From positions 1,849,394 to 1,908,174 of the forward strand of contig ML992504.1 of assembly GCA_010093995.1 (NCBI GenBank): a stretch of 58,781 nucleotides of DNA, read 5' to 3'. The notes under the pieces are model-generated. The model searched no databases, was not told the origin of the DNA, and saw only the letters and a program-made list of their open reading frames with translations. Below are positions 38,542 through 49,395 of this stretch, piece by piece. How positions within the stretch are numbered: the stretch's first letter is position 1; each line of letters opens with the position of its first letter. The position numbers and the translations under genes were made by a program. The stretch is from Elsinoe ampelina (Eukaryota).

Positions 38542-40563
38542 ATGGGTATAGGAGAGATGTCATGAAGTCACGGCTGCTTACGGGGGAGGTGGCGATATAA
38601 AATGTGTAATTTCTTGTAGATACAAAGGGGACGAGGAGAATAGATGTACAGTGAATGAGAGAGTTGATCAGAAGACCTAGAAATGACTTACTCGAATGTT
38701 TCGTGGTTGTTGTGAGATGTGATGTGAAGTTGAAGGTGGTGGAGTGGCGACTTCGTGGACGAAGCTTTCCCACATCGCAACTCTCCCAATCACCACAACA
38801 TCCTATGATACGACCTTCCCTTTCATATTAGAACACTCCGGGAGTGTTCAAATCGTCGCTCGGATCGTCGTTCAATGTTTTGTGCCGTCCGACCAAGCAG
38901 AGGCGGCATTCTTCGAAGCTGCAGTCCAGGCCATGCCCGTTACGCATCCTGGATATTGGCTCCATCCGTTAACGACCGGTCTCAATACTCCACCACTAGG
39001 ACGCTCCCAGTCGTACAGGCCACTCGATCGAGTCCGAAGCTTCATGCATGGAGCACGCATCGCGGCCGCCAGTATCGCCTTGGCCATGGCTTGCGACCAG
39101 GAACTCTGACCGTCCACAAACTGTCGAGTTCATACCTCTTTCGCCTATCTCTGCTCAGTGTGTCACTACACTTGTCTGGCGACGGGCGGAGCCTGGCATT
39201 GCCCTTCAAAGCATCAAGTACTGATGCTTGACACAAGGACGTCGGCGAAACCAGCAGCCTGACATTTTCGGGCGATCAGGAAGTTCCAGCATGCGGTTTC
39301 CAAGGCGAATCAAAGTGACCAATTCGCTGCGAGTTGGACACTTTAGCTGTACGTCGTCGGATCGCTGGCAGGCTAATCCCAGCCGTGTTCTAAGCCGCCG
39401 CAGCGTCAGTATGGTCTGTCATCAGAGGCCGCTGACAAATGCAGCTCCGGGAGAGGGATTGGACATGGCTAACAGTACTTATACTTATGAGCGTCAATGA
39501 TCAGGCGACCCCCCAGATATCAAAGACCCGTTGATCAAGTCCTATCTCGTCTCTGCCACATCGTCGACCTCGAATGACAGGTCATCGCCTTTCGCGCTCC
39601 AGTCCAACAATGTCCAGGACTACCGGCCCGGCTGCAATCGACAGAATAATGTCGCTGAGCCTGGGTCTCACGTTCACTCAGGCCTAGGGGAGAATGCAAT
39701 CGCAAAAAAGCATCAACAAGAGACATCACGGTTGACATATGTTGCGGATGAAGGCAAAGAAGATGCGGAAGCTCAGCACCAAGCATAGAAAAGGATCAGG
39801 GGATGAGTCTACCAGACAACAGCATCGCGGGGTTTAACCGAATTGTAAGAAACGATCTGGGGCCTCCAGGTTTTCTGGCGAATCAAAGCACGCGCAATGT
39901 GCCGCGAAAGACAAAACGATATCCCGCAGGACGCCTCTTCGTCTGGGGAAGGGTTTGGAAGAGACGACCCAAGATCCGGAGCACGCGGAAGTGTCTACGG
40001 CATTTGCTCACGTGTATCAGTGAGTCGCAGCCACCAGCAAAGTCAACCTCCGCGTCTTGCTTGGATGGAAGCCTTTTGGCCAAAACTGCAACACCGTCCT
40101 TGGCTTCTGTACCGGTCGAGGGACAGGCGAAGCGCTGCTATCAGCACGGGGAAGGCGAAGGTGTTCAATATGTGGTGTGAAGCTGTACAGACGCGTGTCG
40201 ATCCTGTCATGAACGAGTACTCACCATAGCGACGGGTCGGACGACTTGCAGAAACCACGATGAGTTCGCAGATTCGTGATGTCGCGGAACAGCAGGATGG
40301 GAGCTTGGAGCTTGGCATGCGCCGCCCCATCGCCCTATTGGATGGCTAGGAAGAGAAGCTCGCTTCGTCCCAAGACCTTCTTGGGTCTCTCCCTCCTCTT
40401 AAACGGTCCCGCTTTCTCTATATATCTAACCAGGTCGTCTCGATACGAGATTCCAGGTTGCTGGTTGAGTCGTCTCTGTAACTTCTGTGGTCGTCTAGAC
40501 GGAGGATACCCGCCAGAAATCGACACAAACACACCTTGCCGGGAACAACACCGCATTGGCAAC

Positions 40564-42291
40564 ATGACGTCTATCGACAATCACGAAAAGGTCAACGTGA
40601 AGCAGAACGAAACAGCACACGACGCTGCGGAAAAAGGTCGTGCTGCTACCGATCAGTAGGCACAGTGCGACATGAGCGCTTCATAGACTAACCTGGTTGC
40701 AGATATGGACGCTCGTTGATCGAGTTCGACAAGAAAGCAGAAGCTCGCCTTCGATTGAAGATCGATCTTTACATTGTTCCTACCGTCGCCCTTCTATACT
40801 TATTCTGCTTCATCGACCGCGCCAATATCGGTCAGTGATTCTTCTGGGCGTTGCTCCTTCTGGTGTGTCCAAGACTGATAAATTACTAGGCAATGCTCGT
40901 CTCGCCGGTCTTGAGCGAGACCTTGGGATGCGTGGCAATGACTACAATGCCCTTCTGAGCTACTTCTACGTCTCGTATATCCTATTCGAGATCCCGTCCA
41001 ACATGGCTTGCAAGTGGATAGGACCCGTCAGTAACCTTCCATTCACCACTGCACCGATACTAGGCTGACACAGACGAACAGGGCAAGTTTATACCTCTGC
41101 TCACATTGTTGTTCGGCATCGTGTCTATCTGCACGGCGTTCGTCAACAATCTGGCTCAGGCAGCAGGAGTGAGATTTCTCCTCGGCATCTTCGAGGCAGG
41201 GTAAGCCGAATTCTCGCCATGCACAAGGAACTATCAGCTGACTGGGCTCTGGTAGTATGCTTCCAGGTATCGCCTACTACATGTCTCGCTGGTACCGCCG
41301 TAGTGAGCTGGCTTTCCGCCTGTCATTGTACATTGTAATGGCGCCGCTAGCTGGAGCATTCGGTGGCCTTCTCGCCTCTGCTATCCTCACAATCGATTCA
41401 GTTGGTAGTGTCCGCTCCTGGCGCATGATCTTCTTGATCGAAGGCCTCATCACCGTCGGTCTCGCCTTCATCTCCTTCTTCACCGTCACGGACCGTCCCG
41501 AGACTGCCCGATGGCTCACACAAGAAGAGAAGGATCTGGCCATTGCCCGCGTCAAGTCCGAGCGCGTTGGAACTACCGAAGTGCTCGACAAGATCGACAC
41601 CAAGAAGACCATCATGGGCCTTATTTCGCCAGTTTCTATCGCCGTCTCCTTCATCTTCCTCCTCGACAATATCACCGTCCAAGGTCTAGCTTTCTTCGCT
41701 CCTACCATTGTTCGGACCATCTACCCCCGGTATACCGTGGTGCGCCAACAGCTGTATACCGTACCGCCTTACATCGTGGGAGCATTCTTCACCGTCCTCT
41801 TCCCTTTCCTCAGCTGGCGCTTCGACCGTCGCACCATCTTTTTCATCGTGGGAGCGCCAATGATGATGACAGGGTACATCATGTTCCTCGCCTCGACAGA
41901 CAGTCAAGTCCGCTACGGCGCGACCTTCATCATCGCGTCGGGAGCCTTTGCCTTTGGCGCCTTGACCAATGCTCAAGTCTCCGCCAACGTAGTGTCCGAT
42001 ACGGCTCGTTCGTCTGCCATCGGTCTCAACGTCATGTTGGGCAACATCGGAGGTCTGATCGCCACTTGGTCGTTCCTCTCCACCGATGGACCGAACTTTC
42101 CGATTGGGAACGGCTTGAATCTGGCTACGAGCAGCACCATCTTGATCTGTAGTATCTTGCTGCTTTTCTGGATGACGAGGGATAACAAGAAGAGGGAGGC
42201 AAAGGACATTGATGCTGAGTTGGATGGGTTGACTCAGAAGCAGATCCAGGATCTGGATTGGAAGAATCCCGCGTTTAGGTGGAGGCCTTAG
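40564..42291 (+). CDS. MFS transporter, anion:cation symporter / allantoate-nicotinate permease type; introns 40656-40702, 40831-40889, 41027-41081, 41201-41255
   Basis: Spliced product contains KIDLYIVP, FIDRANIGNARLAGL, FEIPSN, RFLLGIFEAG, YYMSRWYRRSELAFR and WRMIFLIEG; all four introns are GT..AG with branch-site-like motifs. Confidence 0.92.
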
Positions 42292-42481
42292 ATGGGTGGG
42301 AAAGGTAGCTGCTATGCTACGAACGCTTGGTAGGTTGCAGGAACAGATAGTCTGTGTAATGTTATACCCGATTTAGTCACTTGATCAGTGGTCACGTTGA
42401 TCTCAAATGTCAGAATTTTCGATGTACGTCGAGTCATGTTCTCATGTCTATATAATCTATATTCCGTACACATTCTCCTGC

Positions 42482-44143
42482 CTACATGGGAGTCGCCAAT
42501 GGCGTATCCTCCTCCACGAACCTCTCCAAGTCGCCAATATCAGCAACATCGAACCCATCGAACCCCTCCTCAACCACCCATCTCTGCACAGGCTTCTGCA
42601 GCACTTCGCACGCCCTCCCTACGACGAGTAGACCTGGCGGCCGACTCCCCTCCTCCTCTATCGCAGCACAGACATACTCCAACGTTGTCCTCACTACCCT
42701 CTGATCTGGACAGCTTGCTCTTTCCACTACAGCGCAGGGTGTAGTGAGGGGCCAATCCTTTCCGTTCTTCACGAGACTATCGACCAGGTCACCCAGCCGG
42801 TGCAGAGCCATGAGAAAGACGCAAGTCTGATTTGGAAGGTAAGATGGTGGATCGGGAGCTGCTCCCTTCCTGCCCGTGCCGGTGCAGACGAGGACTTGGT
42901 CGCTCACACCTCTGTGGGTGACGGGGATCTTGGCGAACATGGGCGCTGACAGAGCTGAGGTGATGCCTGGCAAGACAGTGACTTTGAATCCATGCTTGGT
43001 GAAGAAGTCGTACTCTTCCGCACCACGTCCGTATAGGTATGGGTCTCCTTGCTTTAATCGGAGCACTGTTTGTCCTTCTCTTGCAGCGGCCAAACCGAGC
43101 TGGAGGAACTCCTCTTGCGCGGCGTCGGCGTTGCCTGGGAACTTGCGGGCGATGCGGACGGGGGTACGGCGGGGGATTAGGTCGAGCACGCCGGCGGGGA
43201 CGAGCTTGTCTGCGAGGATGAGGGATGCGGAGTTTATGGCTATCAGAGTAAGGTTCGTGAGGAGATCAGGATGGCCGGGTCCGGAGCCTGCAAGGATGAT
43301 ACGGCCGGTCCGAGAGCGCGAATCCAGCTCGGCAGGCGACAGGATGACAGACTCGGTCGTGGGAGCCAAGGACCGTGTTTCCGACTTGTATGAAGCAAGT
43401 ATCGAAGCAACGTCGTTGTCCGTGATGCTCGCAAGTCTCTTCAAGGGCCAGTACTCACATATTTGAGCCAGCCAGCGCATCCGTCGATTCCGAGCCGCCT
43501 CAATGTCGGACGGGGTAACGAGGCGATTGAATGACGACGACTGTCCAGAGACTTCATCCTCCTCCTCAAGATCAGAAGTCAAGCCCAGAGCGTGATCTTC
43601 CTCCCAAATTCGTCTTCGAAGTATACCAAGTCTCTCCACAGCTGGTCCTAGATCTGGAGGCAGGGTCGACGCGATCTCTCGCCGTATACGCGAGGCCATC
43701 TTACAGCCCTTACCCGAGGTCGTGACGCCAATCTGAACGGGTCCATTTGTGTGTGATGACAGAAGCGTAAAGGTGCAGAGATTTGGGGCGTCTGCAACGT
43801 TGATGGGTATCCTGAGGCGTCGACAGAGGGAGGATATGTGTGTGCTCAGCGCTGACTTGCCGCCAGACGTGACGAAGACGGCGTCCACGACATGATCCAC
43901 CTCTTCTCTGCCGAGTGTGGTGAGGTCCGAGTCGCTGAAAGGACGCTTTATCCACTCAACCTTTCCTTCATCCACGCTCTTTGCCAGTCCATAATGCAAG
44001 CTCGCGTCCGCCGCGGCGATGAGCTTGGGGACGGCTCCTACATCTAGCGATTTGTTGCATCTGGCTCCAGCGAGAGGATTCGACCCGATGATCAAATGTA
44101 CGTGATGTTGGGAGTCGACTGCTGTGAGCAATGAAGGCGGCAT
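42482..44143 (-). CDS. MET1: Uroporphyrinogen-III C-methyltransferase / siroheme synthase (Met1-like), 553 aa
   Basis: N-terminal CysG-like domain (INVADAPNLCTF, GKGC) and tetrapyrrole methylase motifs LAGSGPGHPDLLT, ADKLV, RLKQGDPYLYGRG.EE, PGITSA and IPVTHRG. Confidence 0.93.
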   Translation of the reverse strand: MPPSLLTAVDSQHHVHLIIGSNPLAGARCNKSLDVGAVPKLIAAADASLHYGLAKSVDEGKVEWIKRPFSDSDLTTLGREEVDHVVDAVFVTSGGKSALSTHISSLCRRLRIPINVADAPNLCTFTLLSSHTNGPVQIGVTTSGKGCKMASRIRREIASTLPPDLGPAVERLGILRRRIWEEDHALGLTSDLEEEDEVSGQSSSFNRLVTPSDIEAARNRRMRWLAQICEYWPLKRLASITDNDVASILASYKSETRSLAPTTESVILSPAELDSRSRTGRIILAGSGPGHPDLLTNLTLIAINSASLILADKLVPAGVLDLIPRRTPVRIARKFPGNADAAQEEFLQLGLAAAREGQTVLRLKQGDPYLYGRGAEEYDFFTKHGFKVTVLPGITSALSAPMFAKIPVTHRGVSDQVLVCTGTGRKGAAPDPPSYLPNQTCVFLMALHRLGDLVDSLVKNGKDWPLTTPCAVVERASCPDQRVVRTTLEYVCAAIEEEGSRPPGLLVVGRACEVLQKPVQRWVVEEGFDGFDVADIGDLERFVEEDTPLATPM

Positions 44144-44524
44144 GATTGTTGTTGGGAAGGCGAAGTCGGCGTTGGAGGGGCAGGGTGGGGGTTGTAAGAG
44201 AGAGAGAGCGGTTTGCTGGTGATGCGAATGGGAACTCGTAGCTACTAGTCAGTCTCAGCAATGCACGAGCCGTTTTGAGCCTCTCAAAGTGTAGATAGGC
44301 GGGTCGAGGCAATTATGTAGCAGCTTGTCATTTGCTGATAAGCCATTGGATGCCATGGGAAATGTTTTTTGGCCATCGGAGATCCGCAGCGATTTGCTCC
44401 GACACCGCGGAGATGCTCTCGGCTATGTATATGGTGGCATTCTTTAATGCCGCTTTTTGCTTTTTGTCTCAAGGACAGAACCACTCAGCTTGGACTGGCA
44501 GAGAAAAGAAAGTCATGTTGACTG

Positions 44525-45478
44525 TCATGGTATTTCTTCCTCGTGCCCCATTACGACGTCTAGAGCTTTTCGACTCAACGCCACGGTGTGTTCCAGCGCG
44601 GACAGCTTCGCGAGGGCAGCCATCAAGCTGGGATCTTGTGTTTCAATCTTGAGCTTTTCCCTGACCTTGACCAATTGGTTGCGATACGTAAAGACCTCGT
44701 CTGCCTCATCGTGTCTAGGCGCTGGGGGTGCTCCTAGAGCTTGCGCCAGACGATCTCTGATACTCAGCCCCGAGTATGTCTGTGAATAGGTGGAATTTGG
44801 TGTAGACGCTCCAGTGCTGCTGCCTTCTGGTGCTGGCTCAAGTGTGCGTACGGTAAACACTAAGCCGGCATCTGCAATAGCAAAGTGTAACGACACTGGG
44901 CCTGGCAGAGGAGGGTCGAATATCTGCTTCGCTAGTGGTGCCTCATGCCATGTCTTGACCGTGTCCGTCCCTCCTTTTAATTCGTCCCTCGCTTCCTGGA
45001 CATTCTCATGCAGCAGCCGTAGTTGACTTGATATGTACCCGGCATTGTTGGCATCACCAGTCCATCTTGTGGCGTCGACAACGTCGAGAGAATAGTTCAA
45101 TAAAGTGCGCGCGGATATGAGCTGATCCACGACCAAGGCGGGAGCTGTAGGAGAGGAGGATATGGCTAGGCGATAGCTGGGCTGACCGCTAACCCGAGGG
45201 AGGGAGGACATGCGCAGGTGAATGTCGCCTTTTGTGATGCGTGCGCCATTGAGTGTGACAAAGCCTTTGAGGCTTTCGGATCGCTGAGATGATAGCACGA
45301 GTGTCGAACCAGAGTCGCGTGGCGCGAGAAGGGCTGAGCATTCTTCGAGGCCGGCTTTGATCGATTGGAGTGTTTCTTGTAGAGCGGACAGCAGCCATTC
45401 GAGCTCGCGCGTAAGGCACGATTGTCGTTCCTTCTCGAGCTGATCCGCAGGTGCAGGCGGCCATATAGCTGTCGACAT
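44525..45478 (-). CDS. RAV2: RAVE complex subunit 2 / Rogdi family, 317 aa
   Basis: RELEWLL..LQETL.SIKAGLEEC..LL.P...STLVLSS.RSE.LKGFVT..G..I.KGD and C-terminal VREKLKIETQDPSLMAALAKL.ALEH are typical of fungal Rav2/Rogdi proteins (recognised from memory). Confidence 0.85.
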   Translation of the reverse strand: MSTAIWPPAPADQLEKERQSCLTRELEWLLSALQETLQSIKAGLEECSALLAPRDSGSTLVLSSQRSESLKGFVTLNGARITKGDIHLRMSSLPRVSGQPSYRLAISSSPTAPALVVDQLISARTLLNYSLDVVDATRWTGDANNAGYISSQLRLLHENVQEARDELKGGTDTVKTWHEAPLAKQIFDPPLPGPVSLHFAIADAGLVFTVRTLEPAPEGSSTGASTPNSTYSQTYSGLSIRDRLAQALGAPPAPRHDEADEVFTYRNQLVKVREKLKIETQDPSLMAALAKLSALEHTVALSRKALDVVMGHEEEIP

Positions 45479-46961
45479 GGTGGGGCCGGAATCAGTACGC
45501 TTGAGGTTGAAGTGGAGGATGGATGCTTGGTGCTGCGGTTCTTGACGACGGAAGCTCGGATCGAATCCGGCCCATTCGGCCTCGTTGCTACACTCGTGAA
45601 GGGTCCATTTCGCGTCTATATCCCGTAATGCTCCCTAAACGTACGACTACAACATGAGCAAGGTCAGCTTGGATGAGGCATAACTTGCTATTAGTCAATC
45701 CCTCGTGCAGTGGATATCCGACACATTGCAGATTTCGTCAACATAAGGGTGGGAAACAAGTCAGGACGCGCGCGAGTGCGATGTCACCAATTTGAGAATG
45801 GTAGACTACTTCACAAAGCTCAATCAACATGAGATTGGCAGATTTGCGTCCTACATGATCTATCTGTACTACAGTGAAGAGGATTCTGCATTCGACAATG
45901 GCCCACGGTCATCATTCACTCGATTCTGTAAGTTACCGGTAGAAGATCAATGCCGCCCACATGCTGCGCATTTCTCGATAAGACGACTATTTTAGCAGCA
46001 CGGTTGCTGGCTCGAGACACAAGAACCCATCACGCGGTTGAGCAGAGTACTGTGAGCTTCCTGCGATATAAAGTGATGGTCTGATCCGCGAGGTAGATAG
46101 GTCGATAAAGTAAGGTGCCTCACAGTGCTGTGTTGTGGCCAAGCGCAGAGAAACTATCCCCTCGGATTCGTCTTGTCAGTCCGGCAATGGCCTATGGAAA
46201 CAAACAACGCGTTGGAATTCCAGGCGCGTGAAAGCCGCTACTACAGTACAGTAACTACACGCTTTCTTTACCACAATTAGGCTATGCGACGACCGCTGAC
46301 AGCCAAGACACTCATCAGCGCGAAGGACCTTGGCGCCGGACCCCCTGTCAGCCGCATCGAAAACGTTCCATATTGTCAACCCGGACGCCCTCACCTCTGA
46401 GGCAACAACCTAGGCCCGACTGCTAGCTAGCGGCTGGAAGTCATCTCAATATGGCTGTGTGGCATTACCCCGAAAATCTAAAGCTACAACTTCGACCCAG
46501 CTCAGGCGTAATGTGTACCGGGAGATTTGCTTCAAAGTCATCGCACTGGTGCCCTCGTGTATTGTGCCATCCTGACCAGTATTCAGGATGTGCTTTTCAT
46601 TTACTTCGTATGCAAAGGTCATCGTTCCATTTGGCATTATTGCCCCATCTGGACGCGCCCGACCGCGCTAATATGAGCACACGCAACAGTATGTTGACTG
46701 CTGAAGTGCTCTGCGCGTGTGGAGTGAAGAGGGAGGTTCCCCTTGTTCCACCGATACGGCACAGCACAACGTCGCACACTCATCCCCTACGGTGCAGATT
46801 GCGATACCCGATGCGCTGATGGCTTGCCGCGGACGGCATGCGAATACATAAAGAGGGGATTGCCTCCTCTTCGCAGCCTCATCACAATCACAAACAACAG
46901 TTCTGCAACCCTTCTCTCAAGTCCGTCTTTACCCGAAACGACGTACCATATCACACTCACG

Positions 46962-47765
46962 ATGCGAACTCTTTTCGCCGCGGCTCTTCTCACTTCCGCT
47001 ATCACAAGCGTGATCGGACAGGATCACCCTTACTCATGCGGCGAAGCGGGCATGACTACTTGCGCAGCCGGTGGCATGCAGACGAAACGACTACTTACAA
47101 CGACCTATGGTCCACTCACCGCCAGTGGTATATCAATCACACCCGTCTACAGCGTCAAGTGGTGGGAGACTTTCGACAATGCATGCTCTGCCTTCTTGGG
47201 TGGGACTAGGTACACGGGTTCAAACTGCACCAACCTCATCATCAAAGATGTCACATGGAGGGCTACTACGGGGGTGTACACCAACCAGAATACGGTCGTC
47301 AATGTCTTCCATGTCCTCGATGAGGCTCTTTGGCAGTATTTTGAGGTCAATCGCGGCCAAGGACCAAGCAACGCCCGTACCGAGAACCAAGGTTACTGGA
47401 TCAATGGGGAATCTTGTGGCCCTTGGAGAGGCTCGTTCCTCACTGGCTCCGAAAGGATGGGCTTCAACAACGGCCGCGGAGGCTTTAGGGCAGTTTGTAA
47501 GAACGCCCGTGGAGCTGATAATCTCAGCCAAAGCAACTTCAATGGTCTGATCGGACAGATCACTGACCTCATGCGGAGGGATGTTGCATCTTCAGCTCGC
47601 TTCGCCATCTATCGGAAAGACAAATCTGTCATCGCTCGGTGCCGTATTGCGCTGGGCGACAGTTGGAACGACACCTGCCCTGACCCCATTTACGGCAGCG
47701 ACAGCCCTTACGAGCCTACAGGTTCGGACACCACCTGCAACCCGTGCCAATACAACTCACCCTAA
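46962..47765 (+). CDS. Secreted Cys-rich protein of unknown function (267 aa, 10 Cys), candidate effector
   Basis: ATG at 46962, signal peptide MRTLFAAALLTSAITSVIG, dibasic KR (possible Kex2 site) after MQT, intronless ORF, TATA-like TACATAAA near 46845. No family recognised. Confidence 0.8.
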   Translation: MRTLFAAALLTSAITSVIGQDHPYSCGEAGMTTCAAGGMQTKRLLTTTYGPLTASGISITPVYSVKWWETFDNACSAFLGGTRYTGSNCTNLIIKDVTWRATTGVYTNQNTVVNVFHVLDEALWQYFEVNRGQGPSNARTENQGYWINGESCGPWRGSFLTGSERMGFNNGRGGFRAVCKNARGADNLSQSNFNGLIGQITDLMRRDVASSARFAIYRKDKSVIARCRIALGDSWNDTCPDPIYGSDSPYEPTGSDTTCNPCQYNSP

Positions 47766-47969
47766 GTTTGGAATGCGCGAGTGGCAAGACAAAGCACCAT
47801 GGCAAGGATGTATCTCTGGGTATCCTTGTGCGTAGGGAGGCTGCGTGTTTCTAGCAAGATTGGTTGTTGTGATAAATTCCAGTTGCCGCCCGAATGTAAT
47901 TCAGGTCTCCTTCAAAAATGAAAGTCCTTCTGCAGTGCCTTCTTGACAAGATGGTTTGCCTGTATGCAA

Positions 47970-48121
47970 GCGAGAGATGAGCATTCTTCGAGGCCAGCTT
48001 TAATCGATTGGAGTGTTTCTTGCAGAGCAGAGAGCAGCTGTTCGAGCTGCCGTGTGAGGCATGATTGTTGTTCCGGCTCGAGCTGGTTCGCAGGTAAAAG
48101 TGGCCAGATAGCTGTTGACAT
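47970..48121 (-). pseudogene. Truncated, diverged duplicate of the first about 50 codons of RAV2
   Basis: MSTAIWPLLPANQLEPEQQSCLTRQLEQLLSALQETLQSIKAGLEECSSLA aligns with RAV2 MSTAIWPPAPADQLEKERQSCLTRELEWLLSALQETLQSIKAGLEECSALL; similarity then stops abruptly. Confidence 0.9.
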
Positions 48122-48934
48122 TGGCGCGAGCTGGATTGAATTGTTGCGCACGTCGCGACAGTCAAGACAGCTGCACTATGGTAGGGAGAAATGAGTCATG
48201 TGTCGACGACTGTCGAATGATTATTTCGATTCGTGCAGCACACAAGTATCATTACTTATCATATGCCGGAATAGTCACAAATCACCAGAAGCATGAGCTC
48301 AAGCATTCACTCCTGCTCCAATCAGACAACCTTTATCGGGAGTCAGTACTTGTGAACGTTGAACCCCCAAGATACCTAGCTCTCAACTTCTGAGCTGTGG
48401 CCTGCACTTCGTCGGTCACGGCGATGAGACATCTGGACACATCCACGTGATGGTCACGCTCAAAGTCGGAGCGATACACTTTGCAAAGACCACAATCCTG
48501 TCGGGCTGCTCAGAAATAAACGGTATACAAGCGCCATCGGTGCAGCCACACTAACCAAGTCGAGGCGCACCACGTCCCAGCAATTGACATGGGCGAGCCA
48601 CGCGTGACGCATGCCGGATGACGATCAATTGAGGCTTTGTGGCAGCACTCTTTGGGATGGGTCAAACCTTGAAGATGTCGGGGTTCAGAGATTGTTTGTG
48701 TGGTTGCGAGGTAGTTGCTGCTCAGAGCTCTGTGCATTTGTGAACATTGACGAAGGTGTTACTGCCGAGTCTCACGAGTCTCCTGTCCGCCTTTAGCAAG
48801 GCTTTGTGGGCTACTACCATGCAATATGCAAGTACAATCAACCACAACTCGACGGCCCATGTGAATCTAGCTCACATCCAGTCGCTTGATGCCGACGGTT
48901 CGGCGTTGACCCGGCTGCGGGACGACGTCATTCC

Positions 48935-49074
48935 TGTTGTACTTGGCAAATCGGATCGAGAGACGTGTGTTTCATTCAGAGAGTTACAATAACCGATTAT
49001 CTACTGTGCGTGTGCTGACTCATCAGTACCAGTCCTTCAGTACCAGAGAAGCTGTACCAGCTTAAGTTACAACA
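48935..49074 (-). repeat. Copia 3' LTR
   Basis: TGTTG...CAACA; differs from 55603-55742 at one position. Confidence 0.97.
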
Positions 49075-49395
49075 CTCCCCCTCTGGTATAGATTGTTGAA
49101 GCTGAAGAACTGGCCTGTCACATGTGACTAAGGTGATTAGGTCATTACCTCATCTTATATGCTTGCTTGTGATTGTTAGCTTAAGCTAATCATTGGTGTT
49201 GATTCACCTCTAAATGCTTGTAAAAGGTCAGTAGCAATAGAAGCCTTTAATAATAGCTAGGCATCCATTGTTTATGTAAATAGTCTAGCTTATAAATCTC
49301 TATCAAAGAAGATATAAATAACTAGCTAGCCTCCTTATAATTTCTCTTTCCTTTATTACACTTATAGTAATAGCCTCCTCTTTTACACCAATTTA

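Noticed and set aside
38744..39236. Overlapping short ORFs and a 9-bp-stem hairpin (gaacactcc-g-ggagtgttc, 38831-38849) downstream of the fungalysin gene
   Set aside because: No recognisable protein, splice pattern or RNA family; compatible with chance.
46743..46961. Upstream extension of the secreted-protein ORF
   Set aside because: Non-ATG start; the signal peptide begins at ATG 46962 and a TATA-like element lies within the extension.
28828..47608. Many short alternative-frame and antisense ORFs overlapping the called genes
   Set aside because: Shadow ORFs caused by GC-rich codon bias of the real genes.
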